A stretch of DNA of 64,000 nt from the human T2T-CHM13v2.0 reference genome, Homo sapiens, in NCBI RefSeq assembly GCF_009914755.1, contig NC_060930.1, one strand, 5' to 3'. How positions within the stretch are numbered: the stretch's first letter is position 1; each line of letters begins with the position of its first letter. The notes under the pieces were generated by a model, which did not search any database, was not told where the DNA came from, and saw only the letters and a list, made by a program, of their open reading frames with translations. Both the position numbers and the translations under genes were made by a program. This document shows, piece after piece, positions 16,834 to 36,829 of the stretch.

Positions 16834-17381
16834 CTGGTAACCATCATGTTTCCACTATGTGGTTTATAAGTTTAGATTGTGAACTTTCTATGGGCTGCTG
16901 CTTGTTAGAGCATATTCCTTGGCACCTGACACATTGTGGATATAATCTGCAAATGTTTTATTGACTGGGAGCTCAATATGCCCAGGTACTTTACTTAAAA
17001 AAAAATAAGCGATTTCCCAATAATGGGATTGTACTTGTATAAAACATTTCCGAATTATTTTCATGTATATGTTGCTTGTCCCCAGAGGCTTGTAAGATAT
17101 ATATGGTTTCCCTTGAGAGGAAATGAGGTCACAGAAGGAAAGTGACTTGTTCAAATAGGGCATGCCAGAGCCCAGATGAGAACTGGAATGTCCTGGCTCC
17201 TGTGGACATTTTCTCTGCCACAGATAAGGGCATCTCTTCTGTCCTGGGAATTTTACTTCAACTCCTAGTGGGTGGTTCCAGTATGTTGTCCACTAAGTAA
17301 GGATGGGGTTGTCATGCACAGAACATGTCTTCAGAGCAAGTGGGGTTGGGAGCTGGAAATTGATGTGGGAACTACATGTAA

Positions 17382-17745
<364 letters not shown>

Positions 17746-18319
17746 ATTTGCACAACTTTCATATTTCGACCAGTTGTACTTCATCATGTTGACAAACACA
17801 TTTTCAGCTGGAACAGGTAATCTGATAAAAGCACTGGGTATGCTGAGAAGTCTGAGATATCTCTGGAGCAGATTATTAAAGACAATAACTCAGGCTCATG
17901 ACCCTTCACTTTTCTGCTACTCCTTTCACCAAAGTCACCTTTTCCTTCCCTCATCTAGACAATATATTTTGAGCTTCAGCTGTGCACTGGTGAACAAGAC
18001 AGGAAAAAACATCTTGGTCCTTGCTGGAGCTTGCATTCTTGGTGAGACAGGCTAGAATTTGACACTGTTGCCTGCACTCCTATCCCTGAAGCTCCCGTTG
18101 GGTCTGTCAGCTCTGCCTCCTGGTTTTCCTCCCCAAGGTGCCTTCTCCATCTCCTTTTGCTTTTCCTGCCTCTAAAATTGGCTTTCCTCAGGCCCTCTGC
18201 GCTCATCTGCTCTCCCTCTGGACACCCACTTGGCTTTTCCAGCTCAAGGCTGGTTACCATGTCTCCATCTCCAGCTTCGCCCTGTCTCCTGATCCCCAAG
18301 GCCAGCTGCCTTCATGGGC

Positions 18320-18450
18320 ATTTTTTATTTTTTATTTTTTTTTGAGACAAGAGTCTCACTATATTGCCTAGGCTGGTCCTAAACTTCTGGACTCAAGTGA
18401 TTCTCCTCCCAGGTAACAGGGACTACAGTCATGAGCCACCATGCCCAGCC
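18320..18450 (-). mobile_element. FLAM / Alu monomer
   Basis: Single reverse arm. Confidence 0.75.
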
Positions 18451-19017
18451 TTCCTGGGCATCTTTATGTGCAGAATCCACAGGTTCAAATCGAAGTGCCC
18501 ACACTGGAAGCTGCAGCCCCTCCTGAGGCCTGGTCCTCTTCCCAAGGTCCCTTTTTATCAGTACGAGGGAGCCCCATTTGTGCACACCTCAAGCAGAAGC
18601 CCAAAGCCATCGTTTCTTCTTTTGGGTCTTTGACATCCCTCCACTGACGCTTCCTGTCAGTGACCAAGTGAGGCTCATTATGCCTCCTAACTTCTCTCAA
18701 CTCTGTGTCTTTCTAGTTGCCCCTGCAGGCACTGCTTGAGATGTTTGATACTAAAACAAAAAAATGGGATATATTTTTTCTTTGCAAGAAAGCTCTGGTT
18801 TTATAAATGAACATATTCTCTCCAGTTCCCTTGTGCTTTAGTCAAATACCTTCTGATACAGCTAATTTTGTTACCTCAGTACCAACAGGTGTTTTGTCAT
18901 CTGGATAAATCCTCTACATGCTCCTTAGTGCCAAGCATTGGCCATAACATTAGAGTTGAGAGCCTCTAGGAGTCCCCAGGCAGAGTATCATTTCCTAGAA
19001 CTGTTAAGAAGCTGGTT

Positions 19018-19251
<234 letters not shown>

Positions 19252-19682
19252 TTACTGAAGTTTTTATCTTCTCCAAAAGGAAGTAGACAAAGGTTGTTTT
19301 ATGCAAGTTTGGTTAAGAAGAAAATTCAGTATCATTCATAAAATTCATCTCCATTTGATACCTACCACTCTCCCTGAGTAACGAAATTGGAATTTAGATA
19401 ATTAAGCACAAACCCCAGGGCCTCAAAGAGCTTGTTCATAGAGGGTGAGCCCCCCAGAGTTCTCTGCAGAGTGGGCAGGCAGAAAACTCAGGAGGTGCCA
19501 CAGGGCAGGTAGCATGGAGACCATACGGTGTGATCTACTTCAGTTTAAATAGGCAAGTCTACTTCTCTCCACAAATGTATGCTTTCATTTGGTGAGCCAG
19601 GAGAACGACATGGGACACATGAGACTGTTAACATTGGCTGCCTAGCAAGGAAGACGATTAGCTTTTTCCCCCTCCCGCCCCC

Positions 19683-19987
19683 TTTTTTTTTTTTTTTTTT
19701 TTTTGGAAACAGAGTCTCACTCTTTTGCTTAGGCTGTAGTGCAGTGGCCCAGTCTCGGCTCACTGTAACCTCCACCTCCCGGGTTGAAGCGATTCTCCTG
19801 CCTCAGCCTCTTGAGTAGCTGGGACTACAGACACGTGCCACCACACCTGGCTAATTTTTGTATTTTTAGTAGAGATGGGGTCTTGTCATGTTACCTAGGC
19901 TGATTTCAAACTCCTAGCCTGAAGTGATCTGCCCGCCTTGGCCTCCCAAAGTGCTGGGATCACAGGCATGAGCCACCGCATCCAGCC
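19683..19987 (-). mobile_element. AluS
   Basis: Full reverse dimer. Confidence 0.93.
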
Positions 19988-20079
19988 TGATTTTTTTCAT
20001 TGTATTGTTTCAGTTATTAAAATAAGCATATATTAATTTTGTACTTTGTCAAAGATAAAGTCAAGTTTAAAAATATGTG

Positions 20080-20720
20080 TTGAGTGCCTGCACCAGCAGT
20101 GGGCCAGGTGCTTGCCATATACTATCTGGTTGAAATCCTTACCACAGCTCTGCCAAGCTAGTGCTCTTATCGCTGAGATACCAATAAGGAAAGGGAGGTG
20201 CTAGACAGAAAGTAACTTGCCCATGACCAAAGAAGCAGTAGGTGCTAGCCCTGAGAAGGAGCCAGCTTTATGTGGCCCTGAGGCCCACATGTAGGCACTC
20301 CTGACCCTTGTTTCCAGCACCTCCATAGTCCTTGCCCTTCCACCACTATGCTGGCCACCCCTCAGTGCAGACAGAGAAAGAAGCTGTCTGCAGGGTGGCC
20401 CAAAGGGAATTTTCTCCTCCCCTGTCCTTGCCTCCTGCACACCATTTCCAGAGTTTTATAGCAAGTTCAGAAATTCCTGATGAAGGCGGTGTAGTGTAGA
20501 AGGTACAAGCGTGGATGCAGGAGCCAGGTGCTCTGTTTCAAATGCCAATGATATTTACTAGCTCTATGGTCTTGAGGAAATAACTTTGTGCATCATATCA
20601 TCACCTCTAAAATGAGGATTAAATAATAGTAGCTACCTCATTAGGTTCTTTAAGCACTATCTGAATCAGTATATGCAAACTACTTAGAACAGTGCTTAGC
20701 ACATAGTCAGTGTCAAATAT
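20080..20720. mobile_element. MIR fragments
   Basis: aagtaacttgcccatgacc; ctaaaatgaggatt...acttagaacagtgcttagcacatag. Confidence 0.6.
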
Positions 20721-20880
20721 AGTAGGCACTGAGGGGATTCTGACAATGCAACAATGCTAAGAGCTGTGGTCCAAGTATCAGGCAGGGAGTCCTGAGTGGA
20801 AGACACAAGGCCATTCAGTATCCTACCTGAAAAGTGAGGATAATCTCAGCCTCATGAGATCGCCATCAAGACTAAATGAA

Positions 20881-21600
<720 letters not shown>

Positions 21601-23602
21601 TTTTTTTTTTTTTTTTTAAAGATAACTCTCTTAATTGTTACAGATGAGGAAACAGAAGCTTCAAGAGGCTGAATAAGTCCTTTGTAGGTTGCTTGTGGTT
21701 CCCGTGGGGCTTTTGCATCATGTTGTCTCCCCATGCTGGTAACTACTGTACTCCAATATGAACTTTAAACTTTTAAAAAGAGAAATGCAAAGAGTTCAAT
21801 TGTAGTAAAGTAGTAACTTTCCCCAGCATGAGCACCTGATGATGTTTTCAGAAATGAAGAGGATGCCTGGCTGGTAAATATTTTCCGGCAGCCACTTTCA
21901 AGAGAACGCTGGAAGTCAGTAAGTGGTATACATTCATGGCCTCAAGAAACACAGTGAGAACAGGCTCTGCACCGAGAGGCTCTCCTGCTGCCACTCGCTG
22001 GGCTTCCTGCTCTGAAACCTGTTTCCAGTTTCGACAAAACCTCACTTCCACGAGGGATTTGCGATGCTGGTGTTCTAAGGCAGGGGAGCAGTGGAAACGA
22101 AGGATCTTTTGTGGTGGTCATTTGCTTTGTTTTTGATTTCCTGGGTTTGTGTTTAATGTTAGGACTTACCAGAATGGCGTGGCCTGAACTCGTGTTTGCC
22201 GACCTGCTGGTTCCTAGTCATTTGCTTTAAGCTGTCACTCCCCAGGACGTGGGGGAAATTGACACTTACAAGGTGGTTGGTCAGGTGAAAGTTTTCACTT
22301 GGGAGAATGTGTTGTATATAGCATGCTCCTTCCAAAGGACCCCATACACTTATTTTAATTGGAGTAGGTAATGGTTCTACTACAGAAGGCACAAAGTTTG
22401 CCTAGTCCTCCTCCCATGCTGCCCCCACCACTCAGTGTTTCCCTCCCTGAAGGCACCTGTCTTACCTGCTTCTTACATTGTTCCTGAGATATTTACGTAC
22501 ATACACTCAAGTAGATGTATCTCTGTGTGTTTCCCCATTTTATACAAATTGTGGGATACTATACTCTCCTTCATTTTAATTGGCTTAACCAATCCCCTAT
22601 TGATGGATATTTAGATTATGTTAATCTCCTGCCCTTACAAAGCATGCTGCAGTGACTCTGTTTGGAGGTCTTATTGCACAGTACGATTATGTTTGTGGGA
22701 TAAATTTCTCTAAGTGGTACTTCTGAGTCAGAGCATGCATGCCCTTGCAATTTTGACAGCTAGAGCTAAATTGCTCTGCAGAGAGGTTGTGCCAGTCTAT
22801 ACTCCACCAGCAGTGTGTGAGGAGCCCGATGGGACTGACCTTTAAACACACAGTGCCAGTGGTACACTGGGCTCCCTCTGCTGCCTCTCCTGGCCCTTCA
22901 CCATCTGAGCTCATCTTACCTTTCTAGCCTTCTCTCCAGGAGCTCTCTGCTAAGGTGCATTTGGCCTCTGGCCTCGGTTCCTCTTCACTTCAGCATGGGT
23001 TTTGCAGAATTTTCTCTGGGAATCCCAGCTGCCTGGGAATCAAAGGGAAAAGTGGGGGGAGTGACTGATGGGAGGGGAATAGAAGAGGGGGATCTCCACA
23101 CCTCTCCTCCCCTTCCCCATCCTCCATTCCGAAATGGAAAATGGAATTCCTTCCCAAGATGCCTGGGTCTTTTGTTCTGACCCCAAGTATTCCAGTGTGT
23201 TGTCACATCCAGAGCAAGGGCAGGAGCCCATGCAGGGCTGCTGCAGTGCTTCGTTCTGCTCCGGGTTAGCACATCCACACACTGTGTGGAGCAGGTGTCT
23301 TTTCACTGAAACAAACAGGGCATTGAGGGTATACGGTTACATGGCAAGTCAAACAAAATCTGCTTGTGTTCTACAATAGCTAGAAGCATCACTCTGTGGG
23401 AAGAAAATCTCAACTGGGAAAGCTTAGGCTTTTGTAGTTTATCATCAAAAATCTCTGGGGAAGATTAACATATGGTGCTAATTCTGAGAAAGTTATAAAA
23501 TGAGCACGTGTTAACATTTTATTTAACTCATTAATTAAAGAGGAAACCAGTAAGATGATACAACTGTTTTGAAGGAGAATTGTCAGGCCAGGCCCAGACA
23601 AT

Positions 23603-23886
<284 letters not shown>

Positions 23887-23899
23887 CGTCTTAATTATT

Positions 23900-24540
23900 T
23901 TCAACTGTTCAATCCAGTGGCATTAACTGCAGTCAACACAGTTGTGTCATCATCACCACCATCCATTTCCAGATCTTTTTTCATCTTCCCAAACTGTAAC
24001 TTTGTACCCATTAAACACTAACTCCCCTTTTCTCCCTCCCACCCAGCCCCTGCCAGCCACCATTCCACTTTCTGTCTCTATGAATTTGTGATCCATTTTA
24101 AAGTCTCTCACAATCTTTCCTTACCTAGAGGCAATGAATCACATTTACCATCTTTTCGACCCTGCCCAAGTTATTAGCCTCCTTGAGCCTTCATTTCCTG
24201 TCTGTAAAATCAGCATAACAGCACTTACCTCAAGGATATGTGGTGAGGATTATATGAGGTAATCCATGCAAAGTGCTTAGAACAGTGTAATTAAGGATGT
24301 AGAAAGAGCTCAACGGATGGGAGTTGCTATTATCATGAAGACCATCTCTCCACCTGAGTCAGCTGTCCTTGGAGACACAAAAGTCAGTGGTTCTCAGTAT
24401 TGACTGCACGTGTAACCACCTTTAGAGCCTTAAATACTGATGCCCAGGCCCATACCTAGATGCTGTGGTTTAGTTGGTCTGGGATATGGCCTGGGCTTGG
24501 GGATTTTTCAGAGCAGCAAGGCAGAGAACTACTCACTGCT
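23900..24540. mobile_element. L1M fragment (-), MIR (+) and MER5A
   Basis: catcaccaccatccatttccag; gagccttcatttcctgtctgtaaaa; cagtggttctcag...tgatgcccaggccc. Confidence 0.65.
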
Positions 24541-26029
24541 GTTGGTATTTCCCCCTGAGGTTTCAGAGCCTTCCATGCAGGGCAGGACAACACTGTCCAT
24601 TGAGCATCGGGCCAAGCCAGTGGTTAGACATCTGGAAGTTGTACTGCTCTTTGTAGAACACCATGAAATATTGATATTCTAAATGCCATGACTCAAGCTA
24701 GAAACAAGTTTATTAGCAGGAAATAAATGTCTCAAATATGGGAAAGCAAACATATGCTGTGAATTGTTGTGTGGCTTGTCTATGAGATAATGCATGGAAA
24801 ATTATGGGATCAATAATATGAAAGTCTTAAGTGTTAACTTACTATGATAAGGATGGTAATTAGGCATGTACCACAGTGACTCATGTTTCTAGCAAAGGTA
24901 GGTAGGTGTCCCTAGGAGATGCTCTTTGGAGGAAAAAGAGGCAGCCCCTCAGATTGAGTGGGATAATGGAAGAATTGGTATGGCAGGTCAGACACGCTGT
25001 AATTGAGGAGAACAAGCTTCAGAACTTTGGGGATGGGCCCCCAAAGCTAACTCAAGCATCTTAGGAGAGGCTATTAGGCTGCTGTTAAAGAGTCTAGGTA
25101 AGAGTTCATCCTGAATCTCTTGGCTGCTCTCTCCTGCCCCTCACTGCCTATGCAGAATTGCAATGTCTTTTCCTCCTGCCCTCTGTAAAAGCCCACCTTA
25201 TTTACAGTGGTTCTCAGTGGCAGTGAAGGCAGGCCCTGTTTGCCCCCTGCTTCTCTCCTCAACTCTAGGTAGGCTTGGTGGGAGTTTGGGCCCAGAGGCC
25301 CCACCAACCCCTGAGTGTTCAATCAGCAAGCCATCCACCATCTGCCACCACCGTGATTTGTCCATATTGCATCCTGTTGCCTTAGCAGATTGCACTTAAA
25401 AGTAAGTCTAACTACACTGCTGAGTGCTTTATAACCCAGATTATGTGCTAGTAAAACTCCCTGAAAACATATATTTAGTAGGTCCTAACCACTCTAGACG
25501 AGACATTATAATATTGTGGCACAGCTGGGTGTCAGCGTTTAAAAATCCTCCCTAAATACCTGTACCTTTCCTGAACAAAATGCGTTGGAGGATTGCTGGT
25601 TTCCAGGCCAGTAATCAGCATGTTGTGAGGCTTGCATGGGTGATTCTCCACATCCCCACCCTGGTAGTGCTGTAAAATGAAGAAGCCAAAGAGAAAAGGA
25701 GCTCTCGAAGCCACTGAGCTGCCCACTTGGGCCTCTGCTCAGATGCCAGTGCAGGTGGTCTTATTGGCGAATTCCCTGAGGCCCTCTTAGTAGTTGTCTT
25801 CTTTTTCTTTTCTTTCTTTTAAGTTATAATGACTTAGGTTTCAGAAAATAAATTAAGCCAGGAACTTGTCGGGACACTGAAAATTCTTTCTCAGCAGGCC
25901 AGTCAGTTTGTTTCTAGTGAGAGTGGGCTGTTACATGTTTCCTTGTTCTAAGCCAATAATTTAGGGTATGTGGGTGAATAGGTAGCAGCTCTGCCTAGTC
26001 TGCTTTTAGCTCATCTTTTCAGTGAATTT

Positions 26030-27670
<1,641 letters not shown>

Positions 27671-27801
27671 ATTCTTGTTTTCTGGTTTTTGTTAGAAACC
27701 AGAAGAGAAGCAAGAACAGTCCTTATATCCAACCATAGTTCATCATGTATTGGCCTACCGTGCTGTGCTCTGTCAGCGTCAACCCATTGAAAATGTAGTC
27801 T

Positions 27802-28137
<336 letters not shown>

Positions 28138-28301
28138 TTAACTGATGTCTTACCACTCAGGGACAAGTGTACTGTAGAAGCTGATGGAATTCTTAATACC
28201 CAGTTAAGTTGCCTGAAATATTTTGGTCCTTCTTTTTGGTGGATCTTTATAGAAGGAAGCCCAGCCCTAGCAATTACTGAGTTACCTCAAAAGGAATTCT
28301 T

Positions 28302-28916
<615 letters not shown>

Positions 28917-30108
28917 TTAAACCCAATTGTTAGGAATAACTGATTCCTAACAATATACATTTCAAATCACCTCTCCATATCATTTATGATTATTATTATT
29001 TTACAGGGCCATCCTAATACTTCCATCCTTGTGTGATGGGACTGTTGGCCCCCAGTGCAGGAATTACCCTCTGCCCCCATTACATTTTATCTTTTTAAAA
29101 TTAGCCTATTCCAATCTGAGATTGTTTTGGATCCTGATTTGTGTCAGCCAAGGAATTTATTCCCTTGCCGTTTCTTGTCAACTATTGTCTGATTAAGATA
29201 TGATGTGTCACTCATGTAAGTAGACTAGTAGATAAAATATATTTGCAACAAGGAAAGAAAACTCTGAAAGCTTCTTAAACTATAAATTGTTTTTAAATGT
29301 AAAGTTTTATTTTCTTTGATCGATGGTACTTTTTCAATTTTTTTCTCGAATGTGTTCCATTTTTTTCTTGAATGTCTTCATAACTTTGTCTTCATTGAAT
29401 CATAAGCCTGAGAAGGACTTTGAACTTTTCTGACCCAAATTTACACCATTCCAGGCTGTTGAAGCTCTCAGGGAACACCATCTATGATAAGAGGACCCTT
29501 GGGGCACTTAGAAAAGTTGGTGGGGTCTTCCACTTTTTAAAATCTAAACGAGGAGCCAGGTGGCCAGAATTCCAGCTATTGCAGTTCTGCCAGAAATAAG
29601 ATTGGAGGTATTGAGAATTCATTTCATCTCTTCAGCCAAATGAAACTCTCAAAGACTCTTCCCATTCTGAATATCATGTTTGTAAAATATGCGCCACTCT
29701 TATTTTAGTAATGTTACAACTTTCTTGCCTCCTACTACCTCTCTCTTAATGCGACAGATAATATAGGCAGACTGACTCAAAAAAGGCTTGACTCAAAAAA
29801 GACTGCATGACCCTGATCCAATGTATTTCTCATGGTCTCTTGAAGAAAAGAAGCTTTATGAAATGATTACACTAATTTAACCTAAATTCTTCCCATTACA
29901 CCATTTCTCCTTGTCTGGGTCACAGCATGCAGCTGCCCTCCTTGTTACAGTCCCCAGTAGAGATGGTTAAATTGTTTTATTGTTTGAGCCAATGAGTCTC
30001 AATTCCTTTATACAACCTTTCCCTACTCCCTTCCTTCAGAGTTTCTGCCCTTTTATTCCTTTGGCTTCTGCCCCAGGTCTCCTTTTGACTCTGGTCATAA
30101 GAATATCA

Positions 30109-30452
<344 letters not shown>

Positions 30453-32099
30453 TCAGGTGCATTCTGTTGGGACGGGTCTTGTCCAGGTCTGCTCTGTTAG
30501 ACCTGTCATTCCTGGGACAGGTACTGTTGGTCTGAAAGGCCTGCCCTTTAGTAAGTAGGGTCCAAGATACTGAAGCAGGAGCGAGGAGCTGGGACCCAAC
30601 CTGCGTCCTGGCTGGAGTGATGAGGGACCAGGGTCATGGCCCTGGGCTCCCAGGCCCCGTGCAGTCAGTGACAGGGGCAGTTGACTGGCTTGTTTCTGTA
30701 GGTTGTAGTTCTCAAATGGCTCTGGTTCGCCTCCTTCCGAGGGTCCTGGCCCCTCCTAGGAAGGGTTTTCTGACATAACGCCTTGGTCTACCTGGAGAAT
30801 CCAGGAAGGAGGCTGAGCACCAGTCTGACACCTGCTGGGAACAAAAACACCTCCACTTCCTTTCAGGGTTTCTTTTAAGCGGATTACCTTTGGCTGGGCT
30901 CCCTTGTCATCCTCACTGGCGGGAGATCATTATCTTAACGGGAATTCTTCTCCTGGAAGATTCCCACTCCCAACTGGGAATTGGCCTCTTCAGAGTGAAT
31001 AGCAGAGACTGTTTCATTCTAGGCATCATTGTGATCACTTGTTCATGTAATTTATTGCCTGCTGGAATGGGAGTCACTCTGATGTTCCCATGCAGCAGTT
31101 ATGCTGGAGTTAGATCCACAGGGCTCAGCCTGAACAAATCATCATCCCAGTCAGTGCCCCAGTGGTGTGGACAGTGGGGACACATTTTTGTGGTTGTTGC
31201 TTCGCAACATCTCAAGACCCTTTGATTTGGTTCCCTGGAAGCAAGGCCCTGAGTCTGTGCCTCTTCCTGATTGGATCAGAGGGAGATGCAGGAAGTCAGG
31301 GTGAATACTGCCTCTTCTCCTCACCCCTGCCGGCCTCAGATGGCCCAGCCTGATACCAGGGCCCCTTGAGGAAGCAGCACCTTTAAAGGGTCAAAGGCAG
31401 TGGTGATAACCTCCAGCCACACGTGGAGATGCACTGAAAATGATTGGATAAAAATGATAATAGTTGTATTGGGTTGTGGAATTATAGAGGATATTCTTTT
31501 CCATATTTTTAGTAATGTCATTACATTGCTTATATACTCTGAAGATCTCGGAAGCTGTAGGTTGTGGCAAGGCAGTATTTTAGGTGTTTTATATTGATAG
31601 GCTGATGAGAGCATCAACAAGAATGTAAAAGAGATATGGCCCTTGCTGGAGCAGGCCTGAAGTGCGGGTTTAGCCTAAGGGCCTGTAGCTGTCCAGGGAG
31701 GGTTTATCCTGGCCCCTCCTCATCCCATCCTGTGGTTCTCAACAAGGTCACACATTAGAGTCACCTGGGGAGGTTGTATAAAAACTGCCTGGGCCTCACC
31801 ACAGCGAGTTGATGAGAGACTCTGGAGGGAGAGGCTTACACACCAATACAGAGAAATGACAACAGACCAACCTCCCCAGGAGAGCCAGATGCAGAGAAAA
31901 TAGAAAACATCTCTCCTTGTCCTTGAGATTCTAAAAAAATCAGGTTATTTTTAAACAAACCCCAGAGGTTAGTGGCTGGGCTAAGGTAAAACACCCAAGA
32001 ACTTGGGAGCTGAGCTTCCTAAGGGTGAGACATGAAGCCCCTGCTCTGCCAGAGAAGAACTTTGCTCCTACCCTTACCCCCAACACAACCAGGGCAGCA

Positions 32100-32350
32100 C
32101 ACAGAGTGGTAGGGAAAGCATGCGGCTGAGCTCAGATGGCTGACGGGGTGAATCCAGACTCCAGTTAGCTGCTGTATAACTTAGAACAAGTGACAGTCTC
32201 CCAAGCCTCAGTTTCCTTATCTATAAAATGGGTTCGATAATAGTGTCCACCTCATAGGATAATTGGGAGGATAGAATTAGCTAACGTGTAAAATTCTTAA
32301 GATAGTGCCTTCTACGCAATAAATGGACCCAAGCGTTCAATAAATTCTGG
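32100..32350 (+). mobile_element. MIR
   Basis: aagcctcagtttccttatctataaaatggg. Confidence 0.8.
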
Positions 32351-32485
32351 CCGCTGCTGTCTCTTGCTCTGCCCAATTATTGGTCTCGCTGGGCTCACCA
32401 GGGCCTAGGTTGAGTTAAGCTGAACTGATCTTTGACGATAACTGGGGTAGGACTCAGGGCAAATTGATGCTTTAAAACTTCGTCC

Positions 32486-32790
32486 TTTTTTTCTTTTCTT
32501 TCTTTTTTTAGAGAGAAGGTCTTATTCTGTTGCCCAGACTGAAGTGCAATGGTGCGATCACAGCTCACTGCAGCCTTGATTTCCTGGGCTCCATCCATCC
32601 AGCCTCCTCAGCCTCCTGAGTAGCTGGGACTACAGGCGCACAAAACAACACTCAGCTAATTTTTGTATTTTTTGGTAGAGATGACATTTTGCCATGTTGC
32701 CCAGGCTATAGAACTCCTGGGCTCAAGTGATCCACCCGCCTTGGCCTCTCAAAGTGCTGGGATTACAGGCGTGAACCACCTTGCCTGGCC
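32486..32790 (-). mobile_element. AluJ
   Basis: Full reverse dimer. Confidence 0.9.
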
Positions 32791-34197
32791 CAAACTTCTT
32801 ATTCGTTAATACATGGTCTTTTCTCCTGTTCCCATTTCTTCCTGTGGCCAGTCCTAGGGGCATGGAAATGGAAATGAGAGCAGTTGCATCCTTAAGTCTA
32901 AGTCATTCAAAGGTGCCTCTAAGGATCAATTTTTATTTGCTCCTTCACCCTTAAGAGGGGTTCCAGCTTTTCCCATTAGTCGGACATGCCTGGGGGCATT
33001 CCTATGTGCTGGATAGGGGCAGCCTCTTCTCCAAAGGGCTCTATTTTTGTTGCTATTTACTACAGAATGTTCTGGAAAACCAAGTACATGTCTGCTGCTT
33101 TCTTGCTTTTCTCCTTTGGTAGGTGGTGTGTGTTTAAGAGGGTGGGCCTTGTGCTAGGAAAGCCCCAGGACGGAGGAGACAGCTTCAGCTTCTATAGGAA
33201 ACCGATTACTGCCTTTGCTATTGCTGTACTTTAACCAGAGGCCAGAAAAGGAGCCAAGAATGTGCAGGGAACACAGCCCCTCCTCAGAAAAGCTCCTGTA
33301 CCATTGTAGCTCAGCTCCTGAAGCTCTCAGGATGTCACACCTCCTTGCTGACAGGGAGCCTGAGTGCTGTGCGAGGCCAGGAGCATTGCTGGAGAATCAG
33401 GGAAGTCATAGTTTGGAGAATGGTGTTCTTGGTGAAGAATGCCCTTCCAAGAAGAGACACAGAGACTGGGAACCACAGTTTACGTTTCAAAAATGGAAGT
33501 GGACAAGAGGGCCAGGACTGGCTGGTGGGTACCTGGACCCTCCAGCCATAGCCCTTCTGGTTGGAAGAGATCCAACTCTTCACCCAAATCTGTTTGACAT
33601 TGGAAATATCTCACTGGTCTTTGCGAAGGCAAAGGTGTAGGGTGTCGAAGAGCAGAGGGAGTGGTTGGGGTGTCCTCTGGGGTGGGGGCTAAGGACAGCT
33701 GGAGGGAAGGGAGACCCATGCTAGATGATGGACGTTACCTCGTGTCCTTATTTCAAGCCTGTGGAGTGGGCAGTGGAGGTTATTCCTATTTTACAGATGA
33801 GAAAATGCTTAGTTTGGGGGATTAAGCACCAAATGACACAGGTGTTATTAGTCAGAGCTGGGATTCAAACTAAGCTCTGATACCTCTGGCCTTTCATTTC
33901 TCCACTGGCGGTTCTTCACTGACTTTGGATTAGAAAGGTGCCTCCAATCCAGGCCCATCCTGTTGGTAATTTAGTTTCTAAAGTGCCCTCCCAGAAGTGA
34001 TCTTCTTTGAACCTGTCCTAGTCCATTTGGCCTCTCTAACAAGGTAACATAGAGTAAGTAGTTTAAACAACAGACATTTGCTCCTCATGGTTCTGGGAGC
34101 TGGGAATTCCATGGTCAGAGTATCAGGAGGTACTCATGCATCTGGGACCCCAAGCACAGCAGGAGGATCTCTTGAGACACACACACAAAAAAACGTT

Positions 34198-34468
<271 letters not shown>

Positions 34469-35559
34469 TTAAAAAGTACTCCTGGGTCTGTTGGCCTCTT
34501 TCCAGCCTCCCCAGGCAGCTTCTCTCCTTGCTGGTCTGTATTTTCCAGCTGCCCAGAAGCACTTGTGTCCCACCATGCTGTCACCTCCCTCATAGCACAC
34601 ACTTCTCTGTCCTCATGTGATGAACTCCCCTGTGTTTCAGAATGTCTTAGGAAACTTTGTGAAGGGCACATACTCAATGTCAAGAAGTCCTTGACAAGGA
34701 TATGTGGTGACAGATGAAGCTGGGGACCAGGCCCAGCCAGTGGAACCTGGTCATGCCACTCTATCTGATCAGCTATGATTTCATTGGAAGAATCGAGGTT
34801 AGGGAGCACATGGCTGAGCACAGTCACTGTCAGAGAAAGGTCACTCTTCATCTCAGATGCTGCCTTTTTCTGAAGGCTTTTTATAGCCCACTTTTTTGGG
34901 GAGTGATTAAAGTAAGCTCTGACCTCTTTCCAGAATCATTCTAGTGCTTTGGTCACATTTCATGGGGAGAAATTAAGATCCTTTATTGTCTGTTATCTCT
35001 GTTTTCCTCCATGGCTCATTACCCATGGCAAACTGGTGCTTTCTTGAAATCATTAATGTGTATCCTGCTAGAGTATCAATAAAGGCCTTTGGGAAGACCT
35101 TAGGGGTATGCTTCAGCATGGGTGGGGCCATGGTTCATTGATGTTTGAATGTTTCTTCACAGTGAAACTTGTAGGGGAAAGCAAAGGAAACATGTTTGCT
35201 TGAGAATTTGGAGTTTGGCAGGGCAGTTCTCTAGATAGAAGTTGATTCACATCAAAAAGTGTTATTTCTTCTGGATGTCACCCTTGATGTGGCACCTTGG
35301 GAGCCGACATGCTTAGAGCATTTGAAGCGAATGGTCTTCTCTATGACCCAGCAACAGGGCTAAGAAGGCTACTCAGGTGCACAAGGAGAGGAACACGCTG
35401 TGTTCTGCAACCTCCTGGCATTAGCCTGGATGCCCATCAGGAGGAGGATGAGTAAATAATAAGTGAACCAGAACTACATGAATAACATGAAAAACAAATC
35501 TCAAAAATACAAGGTTAGACAAAAAATGCCAAATTATATTGTATAGTTGAAAACTATTA

Positions 35560-35857
35560 GGCCAGGCACAGTGGCTAACGCCTGCAATCTCAGCACTTTG
35601 GGAGGCCGAGGCAGGCGGATCACTTGAGCCCAGGAGTTCAAGACCAGCCTAAGCAACATGGTGAAACCCCATCTCTACAAAAAAATAGAAAAAATTGGCT
35701 GGGCATGGTGACACATGCCTGTGGTCCCAGCTACTCAGGACACTGAGGTGGGAGGATCGCTTGAGCCAAAAGGTTGAAGCTGCAGTGAGCCATGATCATG
35801 CCATTGCACTCCAGCCTGGGCAGCAGAGTGAGACCCTGTCTCAAAGAAAAAAAAAAC
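35560..35857 (+). mobile_element. AluJ inside an old L1ME-like fragment
   Basis: Full dimer; flanks resemble an L1 3' end. Confidence 0.9.
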
Positions 35858-36127
35858 AAAGGTTTGAAACAAGCAACACAATGTTTATATATATTGTCTT
35901 TGACTATAAACATGTAGTAAAAAATATAATGAAAAGCAAAGGAGTGATGAATACCAAATTTGAGAGAGTGGTTACCTCTGGGGATGGAAGAGAAATGAGA
36001 CCTGGGAGTTGTTCACGAGGAATGTCAATGATTTATTTTTTTTCTTGAAATGGTTGGTGGTTATGTGAAGTTTAGAATATTACTTATGTTTTTTAGTGGT
36101 TGAAATACTTCATAATTTCAGTTTAGT

Positions 36128-36829
<702 letters not shown>

